The position numbers and the translations under genes are program-made. DNA of 25,308 nt, taken from positions 1-25,308 of the IMG/VR virus record IMGVR_UViG_3300020269_000846. One strand, 5' to 3'. The notes beneath the pieces were generated by a model, which was given only the letters and a program-made list of their open reading frames with translations, made no database searches and had not been told where the DNA came from. Of this stretch, positions 1 to 6,655 are shown in pieces. The stretch is from a virus. Lineage: Duplodnaviria; Caudoviricetes. How positions within the stretch are numbered: position 1 is the stretch's first letter; each line of letters opens with the position of its first letter.

Positions 1-1
1 T

Positions 2-832
2 ATAGCTGCTACTGCGTTATGTAATGATTTAAAACAACAATATAAGGATAGAAAATTAATAATGATGGTCTCATATCCTGAGGCCTTTTTATCTAATCCT
101 GTTATTGATAGAGTATATGCTTTAGGTAATGCTCCTTATTTTTACCAAGATTATATTGAAGGTAAGGATATAGTATTGTTTAGGCATGAACCTTATAATC
201 AAACTGCTCATGTTACTAAAAAACAACATTTAATTCATAATTGGTGCGATTTATTAGGTATTGAGTATACAAATCAACAACCCGTTTTATTTCCTAATTA
301 CCCACAAAGAATGACTACAGGAATGTGGCAACGACCAAAACCTATAATGATTATTCAAACTGGTGGTGGTCCTATGCAAGGACAAAGATTTTCATATTCT
401 TGGACTAGAGATATGCCAATTGAGGTAGCTCAAGAAATAATAAATAAATATTCTCAACAATATCATATAATTCAAGTAACTAGACCGGATGGTTATCAAT
501 TACAAGGTGTAGAACGTATAGATGGTGTTTTATCTAATATGGAATTATTTTCTTTATTAGTTACATCCCAAAAACGTGTTTTAATTGATTCTTGTCTACA
601 ACATGCTGCTGCTGCATTAAAATTACAATCTACTGTATTATGGGTAGGTACTTCACCTACTGTATTTGGTTATAGTTCACATAAAAATATAATTGCTAAA
701 TTACCTAAAAAAGCAAATCAATTAATTGGTAGTTATTTATTTGATTATCAATTTGAGAATAATATGCATGAATGTCCTTATATGGATGTAAAAGATATGT
801 TTAACATAGAAGAAATATTTAAAAATATATAA
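2..832 (+). CDS. GT9-like (heptosyltransferase-fold) glycosyltransferase, 5'-truncated
   Basis: The frame is open from position 2 (IAATALCNDLKQQYKDRKLIMMVSYPEAFLSNP), so the true start lies upstream of the window. The C-terminal LIDSCLQHAAAALKLQSTVLWVGTSP matches the GT9 'DSG..H.A.A...P.V.LFG.T.P' motif. Confidence 0.65.
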   Translation: MAATALCNDLKQQYKDRKLIMMVSYPEAFLSNPVIDRVYALGNAPYFYQDYIEGKDIVLFRHEPYNQTAHVTKKQHLIHNWCDLLGIEYTNQQPVLFPNYPQRMTTGMWQRPKPIMIIQTGGGPMQGQRFSYSWTRDMPIEVAQEIINKYSQQYHIIQVTRPDGYQLQGVERIDGVLSNMELFSLLVTSQKRVLIDSCLQHAAAALKLQSTVLWVGTSPTVFGYSSHKNIIAKLPKKANQLIGSYLFDYQFENNMHECPYMDVKDMFNIEEIFKNI

Positions 833-2526
833 TGAGTTATAATATATTAGGAATTAATCCTGGTCATAATGGTTCAGCTTGTTTAGTGGCAGATGGAGAA
901 TTAGTCTATTATTTGGAAGAAGAACGTTTATCTCGTTTAAAATATGATGGAAATCCATTTAGAGTAATGATTGATATTATGTCCAAATATCATGTTGATG
1001 AATTAGTGATAGTAGGTACACATCCTAATCATCCCGTTTTAGATTGGACAATGGAAGATACATTTACAGGATTAGTTAGAAAATATAATCCTAATGTAAA
1101 AACAACTATTTTAGGACATGAACATCATTTAACACATGCTGCTTGTGCTTTTTATAATTCAGGATTTACAAAAGCAGTAGCTGTTATAGTAGATGGAGCT
1201 GGCACTTATAAAGATATTAGTATGAATGAAGAGGGTTCTGTTAAAGCCAAGGGATGTGAAACTGAATCAGTTTGGCAATGTGAATACCCAGCTAATTTTT
1301 CTGTATTACATAAGGTATTTGGAGATAACTTTCAACAAAGAATGGTTAATGATAAATTCGATGTTGGTAATAGTGTTACTATAGTGAAAGCATATGAAGC
1401 AGTAACTAATTATTTAGGTTTCTCCTTTTTGGAAGCGGGTAAAACAATGGGGTTAGCACCTTACGGAAAAGAAAATAATAATATTCCTCAATTATTTAAA
1501 GATAATAGAGCGTCTAAGGATATTTTTATACCTGAATATCCTAGAGGTGCTTATATAGATGTTCAATCAAATCCCATATTCCAACGTAATAGGGATCCTA
1601 AAAATTTTCATCATAATTTTAATGAAGTATTAGATATAGAAAAGGATCTAGCTTATAAAATACAAAAAGAAACACAAGAAAAAGTAGGTGATTTAATTGA
1701 ACAAGCAATTAATGTGACTAAAATAAATCAAGTAGTATTAGCGGGAGGTTATGGTTTAAATTGTGTTGCAAATTATTATTTACAAAAACGATTTCCTAAT
1801 GTACAATTATATTGTGAACCTATTTCACATGATGGAGGTACTGCAATAGGTGGTGCTAAATTAACTTGGCATGGTAATAATAATGATAAAACAATAAGAA
1901 AACAAATGTCATTATATTATGGACCTAAATACTCAGAAGAACAATTAAAACAATCTATATTACAAGTTAAAGATAAATTTAACACTTATCAAGGCAATCC
2001 TAAAGCGGTAGCTGAATTATTAAATGAAGGTAATATAGTAACATTATTTCAAGGTTCAAGTGAGGCAGGTCCTAGAGCATTAGGTAATAGATCTATTTTA
2101 TATAATGCTACTGATCCTAATGGTAAAGAATTTGTTAATAAAGTAAAAGGTAGAGAATGGTTTAGACCATTTGCAGGTACTATCTTAGAGGAAGATGTCA
2201 ATGAATGGTTTGATTTAGCGGGTATGGATTCATCTCCATTTATGATGTATGCTATAGACGTTAAGCAAAATAAAATACCTAGTATTACTCATGTAGATGA
2301 TACCTGTAGAATACAAACAGTAAATAAAGATCAAAATAAAAATTATTATAATATAATAAACGAGTTTAAAAAATTAACTGGTGTACCTATTGTATTTAAT
2401 ACTTCATTTAACTTAGCAGGTGAACCACTAGTAGAAACGGTTAATGATGCTATAAATGTTTTACTTAATAGTGATATAAAATACTTATACTTACCAGAAA
2501 TTAAACTTATATTAGAGAAAAAATGA
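832..2526 (+). CDS. O-carbamoyltransferase, NodU/CmcH/TobZ family
   Basis: Complete motif set: GHNGSACL..DGEL....EEERLSR.K, HEHHLTHAACAFY.SGF, VDGAG, GKTMGLAPYG, AGGYGLNCVAN, DGGTAIG, EAGPRALGNRSIL, VKGREWFRPFA, HVDDTCRIQTV, NTSFNLAGEPLV. TAATG-coupled to the upstream gene. Confidence 0.95.
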   Translation: MSYNILGINPGHNGSACLVADGELVYYLEEERLSRLKYDGNPFRVMIDIMSKYHVDELVIVGTHPNHPVLDWTMEDTFTGLVRKYNPNVKTTILGHEHHLTHAACAFYNSGFTKAVAVIVDGAGTYKDISMNEEGSVKAKGCETESVWQCEYPANFSVLHKVFGDNFQQRMVNDKFDVGNSVTIVKAYEAVTNYLGFSFLEAGKTMGLAPYGKENNNIPQLFKDNRASKDIFIPEYPRGAYIDVQSNPIFQRNRDPKNFHHNFNEVLDIEKDLAYKIQKETQEKVGDLIEQAINVTKINQVVLAGGYGLNCVANYYLQKRFPNVQLYCEPISHDGGTAIGGAKLTWHGNNNDKTIRKQMSLYYGPKYSEEQLKQSILQVKDKFNTYQGNPKAVAELLNEGNIVTLFQGSSEAGPRALGNRSILYNATDPNGKEFVNKVKGREWFRPFAGTILEEDVNEWFDLAGMDSSPFMMYAIDVKQNKIPSITHVDDTCRIQTVNKDQNKNYYNIINEFKKLTGVPIVFNTSFNLAGEPLVETVNDAINVLLNSDIKYLYLPEIKLILEKK

Positions 2527-2873
2527 TGGACCCAAAATTACTTACCTTAGGTTTTATTTATTTTATTGTATCAGCCACTGCTATTTGGTTTCAAACACAT
2601 GCTCAATTTTTTAATGATTGGTCTAAAGATAATGCTTTATTAGTTGCCATTCCCGGATTCATAATTTCATATTGGTCAATAAAAGCTACTGAAAATATAG
2701 CGGAAGCATATGATGGAGCAGTATGGCCAGCTAGACTAATTGGTTTTGGAGTAGGTATTATTATATTTTCAATTCTTACATGGCTTGTATTAGGTGAGAA
2801 AATAGAAATTAAATCTGCAGTATGTGTTTTATTAGCTTTTTGTATATTAATTATACAACTTTTCTGGAAATAA
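2523..2873 (+). CDS. small four-TM membrane protein, DMT/SMR-like
   Basis: 116 aa with four hydrophobic segments. The C-terminal LTWLVLGEKIEIKSAVCVLLA resembles the EamA/SMR 'L.GE......G..L' pattern. Overlaps the carbamoyltransferase stop. Confidence 0.55.
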   Translation: MMDPKLLTLGFIYFIVSATAIWFQTHAQFFNDWSKDNALLVAIPGFIISYWSIKATENIAEAYDGAVWPARLIGFGVGIIIFSILTWLVLGEKIEIKSAVCVLLAFCILIIQLFWK

Positions 2874-2874
2874 A

Positions 2875-2906
2875 TTTGGCTACCCAGGAGACCTTTCGTA
2901 TATTTA
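2875..2906 (+). promoter_or_regulatory. putative early promoter, Bacteroidota-type (-33 TTTG / -7 TATATTTA)
   Basis: TTTG 2875-2878, 20-nt spacer, TATATTTA 2899-2906. The same geometry recurs at 5785-5816 and 7528-7559. The Bacteroidota consensus is TTTG-N19-21-TAnnTTTG. Confidence 0.7.
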
Positions 2907-2941
2907 CAGGGTAAATAAGTAATTAATTAATAATAAAGGTT

Positions 2942-3202
2942 ATGAGCGGATATAAAAGATTTGATAGACATGAAGTGTTTGAAATGAGTGATACTTCATT
3001 TGTACTAGATTGTATTCAAGATGTTAATAAGCATGATTATGAAAATGGTGGTGCTGAATTATCAAATATGTTGTTTGGTTTATTTGATGGTTATTATTAT
3101 GATAAAATTCATAAATATGCTGCCCTAATATTATCAATTTCAAAGTTTGAAAAATTAGAAGATATATTAGTTAAAATAGATGATTCACTTGTAAATGCTT
3201 AA
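2942..3202 (+). CDS. hypothetical protein (early region)
   Basis: 86-aa ORF directly after the promoter and an AAAGGTTATG leader. Confidence 0.75.
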   Translation: MSGYKRFDRHEVFEMSDTSFVLDCIQDVNKHDYENGGAELSNMLFGLFDGYYYDKIHKYAALILSISKFEKLEDILVKIDDSLVNA

Positions 3203-3345
3203 TAAAAATAAAATAAATAAAAAGGTTATGAGAGATCAGCAGTTAAAAGAGTTCAGTGAAGAGGTAAAGAGAGGATTTGTAGAGGCATTAGGGCACAAAA
3301 GTTCTTTCCTCACTCCTAAAAATAAAATAAATAAAAAGGTTATGA
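3203..3345 (+). repeat. perfect 29-bp direct repeat TAAAAATAAAATAAATAAAAAGGTTATGA x2
   Basis: Identical copies at 3203-3231 and 3317-3345, 114 bp apart. Confidence 0.9.
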
Positions 3346-3527
3346 AAATTAAAGATTTAAAAGTAGGTCAAGTATTTCAATTAGAAGGATTAGATGTAAA
3401 TGGTAATACTGTTTATGCTGATTGTACATTGAGAGCTTATACCGGAATGAATAAATACGCTGTAGAATCAGATGGTATTACGATATTGTATGATGGTGAA
3501 GAAGAAGTTCATCAAGTTTATAAATAA
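3228..3527 (+). CDS. hypothetical protein with two in-frame leader-marked starts (3228, 99 aa; 3342, 61 aa)
   Basis: Both ATGs sit in the repeated leader. The supplied start at 3195 translates the leader itself (KNKINKKV) and is probably wrong. Confidence 0.6.
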   Translation: MRDQQLKEFSEEVKRGFVEALGHKSSFLTPKNKINKKVMKIKDLKVGQVFQLEGLDVNGNTVYADCTLRAYTGMNKYAVESDGITILYDGEEEVHQVYK

Positions 3528-3533
3528 AAGGTT

Positions 3534-3752
3534 ATGGCAATTAAAAAATTAAAAAATAGAAGTAGATTAGAAATTGACTTAACAGGACCAGATGGTAATG
3601 CTTTTGCATTACTAGGTCGTGCTAAAAGTTTATGTGCTCAATTAGGTATTCCTTTTAAACCACTAAGTGAAAAAATGACTAGTGGTGATTATGAAAATCT
3701 AGTTAAAGTATTCGATGATACGTTCGGAAGTTTTGTTACATTATATAGATAA
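3534..3752 (+). CDS. conserved phage hypothetical protein
   Basis: The IDLTGPDGNAFALLG...MTSGDYE.L..VF pattern is one I recognise as a widespread small phage family. Has an AAAAGGTTATG leader. Confidence 0.8.
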   Translation: MAIKKLKNRSRLEIDLTGPDGNAFALLGRAKSLCAQLGIPFKPLSEKMTSGDYENLVKVFDDTFGSFVTLYR

Positions 3753-3756
3753 TATT

Positions 3757-3921
3757 ATGACTAAGTGGATAGAATATAGAGGTAAAAGAAAAAAACTATT
3801 TGGTGAATCCGAAAGTGGTAATCCTATAGTTAAAATGAATGGTAATTTGGTTCAGGTTCCCATTGAACATACTAATTATGAACCGGAAGAATGGATAAGT
3901 AACTCACTTTATAGCAGCTAA
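3757..3921 (+). CDS. hypothetical protein (54 aa)
   Basis: In-frame ATG at 3757, just after the upstream stop, is preferred over 3715. Confidence 0.55.
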   Translation: MTKWIEYRGKRKKLFGESESGNPIVKMNGNLVQVPIEHTNYEPEEWISNSLYSS

Positions 3922-3925
3922 TAAT

Positions 3926-4237
3926 ATGAATGAACCAACAATAATAGATCCAAATGAGGATTTAATCACATTTGATGATTTAAAAATAGAAGAAGACATG
4001 TCAGTAGGTCCTATGGCTAAAAAAGCTATAGAAATATTTGACAACGGATATGGAGTTCTAATAGAGCGAAATAGACGAACATTAGGTAACCAAAGTAAGT
4101 TATGGCAAGTAACTTTAATAGATGCCGAGTGGGAAGAAATAGTAGAGAATTCTAAAATATCAAAAGATGGTGTTTGGGAATATTGTGATGAGGATGAAAT
4201 AAATGAAATATTAAAATTAATACAAACAGAGTTATAA
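3926..4237 (+). CDS. acidic phage hypothetical protein (F.NGYG family)
   Basis: FDNGYGV...W.VTLI...DGVWEYCDEDEINEILKLI resembles a common small phage family. Tightly packed with its neighbours. Confidence 0.75.
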   Translation: MNEPTIIDPNEDLITFDDLKIEEDMSVGPMAKKAIEIFDNGYGVLIERNRRTLGNQSKLWQVTLIDAEWEEIVENSKISKDGVWEYCDEDEINEILKLIQTEL

Positions 4238-4452
4238 TGGAGCAAATAATTGAAATCAAGAAAAATAAAACTAACTATGTCCAAATTGAACTTAGGGAAT
4301 ATGAAGGACATGAGTATGTTGACGTAAGAGAATTTTACGATAGTCAAGATGGTAAACGATTACCTACTAAAAAGGGTATTACGTTTTCTCCTAAGGTATT
4401 AGAGGAAGTAATTGATGGTTTAACCATGTTAAAAGATCAAATGAATGGATAA
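4237..4452 (+). CDS. PC4/YdbC-family ssDNA-binding protein (transcriptional coactivator p15-like)
   Basis: REYEGHEYVDVREFYDSQDGKRLPTKKGITF is the PC4 signature (F.G..YVDIR.FY....G...P.KKGI). Confidence 0.9.
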   Translation: MEQIIEIKKNKTNYVQIELREYEGHEYVDVREFYDSQDGKRLPTKKGITFSPKVLEEVIDGLTMLKDQMNG

Positions 4453-4453
4453 A

Positions 4454-4591
4454 ATGAATGAAGTAGAAAGATGTGTGTCATGTGGCACAACTACTCCTTA
4501 TGTTATGAGGCAATCAATTCATGAGAGGTTATATTATATAGAGGGAGCAGGGCAATTATGTGAGAATTGTCATTACGAAATTTACGGTTAA
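4454..4591 (+). CDS. 45-aa zinc-ribbon microprotein (not in ORF track)
   Basis: MNEVERCVSCGTTTPYVMRQSIHERLYYIEGAGQLCENCHYEIYG has two CxxC pairs and a YIEGAGQLC motif. Confidence 0.8.
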   Translation: MNEVERCVSCGTTTPYVMRQSIHERLYYIEGAGQLCENCHYEIYG

Positions 4592-4606
4592 TTAAAAATA
4601 AAGGTT

Positions 4607-4732
4607 ATGGAATGTATAATAAATGTCTTTGCAATAATAGGTTTATTTGCTACTTGTTTAGCAATATATTATTTTACGATTGATCAAATCGCTATTTACA
4701 AGATAAATCAAGAATGGAAAAAAAACAAATAA
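4607..4732 (+). CDS. 41-aa single-TM microprotein (not in ORF track)
   Basis: MECIINVFAIIGLFATCLAIYYFTIDQIAIYKINQEWKKNK. Has an AAAGGTTATG leader and is TAATG-coupled to the next ORF. Confidence 0.65.
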   Translation: MECIINVFAIIGLFATCLAIYYFTIDQIAIYKINQEWKKNK

Positions 4733-4881
4733 TGCTAGGATTAATAATTAAAATAAAGCAACTAATTCAAGCAACACCTAATGATCAAGAATTGGGAGCA
4801 AAAATAAGAGAATTAGCTTACAAAACAGAATTAATAAATCCATTTAATAAAGAAGCATATAATAAATCCAGCGATGACTAA
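4732..4881 (+). CDS. 49-aa hypothetical protein (PNDQELGAKIR motif; not in ORF track)
   Basis: Coupled start. PND.ELG.KIR is a motif I recognise from small phage proteins. Confidence 0.7.
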   Translation: MLGLIIKIKQLIQATPNDQELGAKIRELAYKTELINPFNKEAYNKSSDD

Positions 4882-4905
4882 TAGGACTCAGTTAAGAATT
4901 TTTTG

Positions 4906-5070
4906 ATGGATGTGTCACCCCATAATACGGATATACAATTAAACCCTGTTATTGTGGGTGATCTAAAATTGTACTTTAGTGCTCGTGGTAACAACAAGCA
5001 TTACATTTTGGAATATTTTGTTAACATGAAAACGGGGGAGAAAACAGAATACAATGATAGTAAACGATAA
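4906..5070 (+). CDS. 54-aa hypothetical protein (not in ORF track)
   Basis: MDVSPHNTDIQLNPVIVGDLKLYFSARGNNKHYILEYFVNMKTGEKTEYNDSKR. Protein-like composition; fills the gap on the coding strand. Confidence 0.55.
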   Translation: MDVSPHNTDIQLNPVIVGDLKLYFSARGNNKHYILEYFVNMKTGEKTEYNDSKR

Positions 5071-5155
5071 ATTAATTGGTGAGATTGCATTTGGGTTGTA
5101 CGTTGTTTTCTACATTTGGTGTGTGTATGAGTTGGTATTTGTATGTCAATGTTAA
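5054..5155 (+). CDS. 33-aa membrane microprotein (not in ORF track)
   Basis: MIVNDKLIGEIAFGLYVVFYIWCVYELVFVCQC. One TM segment; overlaps the previous stop. Confidence 0.45.
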   Translation: MIVNDKLIGEIAFGLYVVFYIWCVYELVFVCQC

Positions 5156-5525
5156 ACATAAACACGCTGGTATTCAATGTATAACAGCGCGATAAAACGA
5201 TTAAAATTATGATGATGTCCAATCCACTATATGCGATAGTAAATGCTGTTAAACGCGTTACCCCTTATATTATATATGACAATAATGATATAGATAGATA
5301 ATGAGGTACGGATATTTGTATAGATATATTACCAAAGATAGTGGTGCATTTGATAGATTAATGCCGTGGTGTATGCCCTTGTTGTTGCAGGCAACCAAAT
5401 TTCTCATATGACTAAGTATATACTTGCATTATTAACAATCAGTACCGACGAAAATAAAAATTATTTACAATAAAAACGCGTTTTAAATGAGGATAATACA
5501 AAAATTAAACATTTTTTAAAATAAA

Positions 5526-5557
5526 TTTGGGGCCCCGGGGTAGGGGTTTTACATTAC
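5526..5557 (+). promoter_or_regulatory. possible degenerate early promoter
   Basis: AAATTTGG as at 2872-2879, TTTG 5526-5529, 20-nt GC-rich spacer, then TACATTAC as an imperfect -7 box. Precedes the ORF at 5580. Confidence 0.4.
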
Positions 5558-5579
5558 TTATATAAAAACAAATGGAAAT

Positions 5580-5729
5580 ATGGTCGAACTTGGTTTTAAA
5601 ATAGAGCTTACACACCCAGGTGTGCATTGTTTGGTGGGGTTCCAAAAATGGGATGCCGATGATGATCAGCCATATAATACATTTAAAATACATTTTCTAT
5701 GGATCACACTAAGGTGGGATTGGGAGTAA
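5580..5729 (+). CDS. 49-aa hypothetical protein (not in ORF track)
   Basis: MVELGFKIELTHPGVHCLVGFQKWDADDDQPYNTFKIHFLWITLRWDWE. Beta-strand-like periodicity with an aromatic C-terminus. Confidence 0.6.
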   Translation: MVELGFKIELTHPGVHCLVGFQKWDADDDQPYNTFKIHFLWITLRWDWE

Positions 5730-5784
5730 CATATTTCCGCTTCACACTTCGATACTACCCGCTTGCCTTACTCCGCTCAAGTGC

Positions 5785-5816
5785 TTTGGGCGGGGGATGA
5801 TCCTATTGTATATTTA
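5785..5816 (+). promoter_or_regulatory. putative early promoter, Bacteroidota-type
   Basis: TTTG 5785-5788, 20-nt spacer, TATATTTA 5809-5816. The -33 box lies inside the hairpin at 5771-5795. Confidence 0.7.
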
Positions 5817-5831
5817 CTATAAACTGTAAAA

Positions 5832-6056
5832 ATGGCTACATTAAGTGAAATATACGATGAATTAGACAGAATTGGTGAGGACATCACCGCATATATAGAA
5901 GAATGCGACAATGGTAATTTATCCAGCGATTTAGCCGGAAATGTGGGAAATCCCATGGAAACGTTATTAGTTGCGCTGGAGACAATAATTGACGACAAAG
6001 ATGCGGGAGTTTACGATCCTAGAGAAATTTATGAAAATCCTGAAGATTTTGAATAA
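5832..6056 (+). CDS. very acidic 74-aa protein
   Basis: 21 D/E versus 3 K/R. Has its own promoter and an A-rich leader (GTAAAAATG). Confidence 0.8.
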   Translation: MATLSEIYDELDRIGEDITAYIEECDNGNLSSDLAGNVGNPMETLLVALETIIDDKDAGVYDPREIYENPEDFE

Positions 6057-6132
6057 TAGCGGGCCGATAGCGGATTGTTATCATACCGCTACCACGATAG
6101 CCGCGATCCATCGATGGGGCGTGGATACCGCA
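6057..6132. other. GC-rich structured intergenic element (candidate ncRNA or cis-element)
   Basis: GCGG 6059-6062 / CCGC 6128-6131; TAGCGG 6068-6073 / CCGCTA 6086-6091; CCACG 6092-6096 / CGTGG 6120-6124; palindrome CCATCGATGG 6108-6117. Confidence 0.4.
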
Positions 6133-6200
6133 AAAAAGGTTGATAGATTTATGTATCTTCTACGATTTTCCACATCGATTAGTATATACAAATATATTTT

Positions 6201-6365
6201 ATGCGAAAATTATGGAGATATTGGGCAAGAGCCCTAGGGGAAAAAATAGGGGAGACAGATGGGAGAGCAGATAATGTTGCTTTTATTAGAACTCTCATTA
6301 TATTGCAAGCAGTTATAACAAATGTTTTAATAGCGTGGAATATAATTCGTAGATGGGATGAGTAA
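6201..6365 (+). CDS. 54-aa conserved phage membrane protein (not in ORF track)
   Basis: MRKLWRYWARALGEKIGETDGRADNVAFIRTLIILQAVITNVLIAWNIIRRWDE. W..WA.ALGEK....D..AD.VA.IRT...ITN is a family I recognise from aquatic T4-like phages. Confidence 0.8.
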   Translation: MRKLWRYWARALGEKIGETDGRADNVAFIRTLIILQAVITNVLIAWNIIRRWDE

Positions 6366-6513
6366 AAAAATAACGGAGTGGTCAAGATTATCATGGTTTT
6401 GTGGATGTGGCGCGCTAAATGCGGGATGGTTAGATGATTGTGGAAAGTGTGGCAAAGACAAGAAAGAAAACCAAAAAGAGCACAACGAAAATTATAATGT
6501 GTTCACAATGTAA
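6358..6513 (+). CDS. 51-aa RanBP2-like zinc-finger microprotein (not in ORF track)
   Basis: MSKKITEWSRLSWFCGCGALNAGWLDDCGKCGK... fits W-x-C-x-C-x3-N-x6-C-x2-C. Overlaps the upstream stop by 8 nt. Confidence 0.7.
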   Translation: MSKKITEWSRLSWFCGCGALNAGWLDDCGKCGKDKKENQKEHNENYNVFTM

Positions 6514-6655
6514 TGAAGAATTCGCTACAGGATATGAATACCGCATGCATTGGGAAAAACATTTAGAGGATTATTTAAAATATGGAATAGATTATGCCAG
6601 GGAAAAAGCAGAAAAAATTAAAGGATACCCCCTTATTATCTCAGGTTCAACTTGA
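6497..6655 (+). CDS. C2H2 zinc-finger microprotein
   Basis: CSQCNEEFATGYEYRMHWEKH = C-x2-C-x3-F-x8-H-x3-H. Start uncertain: 6497 is preferred over 6434 because 6358-6513 occupies the upstream sequence. Confidence 0.65.
   Translation: MCSQCNEEFATGYEYRMHWEKHLEDYLKYGIDYAREKAEKIKGYPLIISGST

Noticed and set aside
3203-3536. CRISPR-like repeat-spacer array
   Set aside because: Only two perfect copies, irregular spacing, low-complexity non-palindromic repeats, intervening sequences are genes, and there are no cas genes.
4874-4908. Possible frameshift joining MTNR (ATG 4874) to the 4906 ORF
   Set aside because: It needs an unsupported 1-nt insertion, and the 4906 ATG suffices. Cannot be judged without homologues or reads.
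5529-5546. G-quadruplex (GGGGCCCCGGGGTAGGGG)
   Set aside because: Only three G4 runs, and the C4 run would compete by hairpin formation. Better explained as a promoter spacer.
6059-6132. tRNA gene (size and CCGCA end are suggestive)
   Set aside because: Only 4 bp of acceptor-like pairing, and no GTTCRA T-loop or D-loop consensus on either strand. Kept only as a generic structured element.
5001-6394. Track ORFs 5001-5222(-), 5505-5693(-), 5989-6237(+) and 6179-6394(-)
   Set aside because: They overlap better + strand microgenes (4906, 5054, 5580, 6201) or the structured element, and show no protein-like features.
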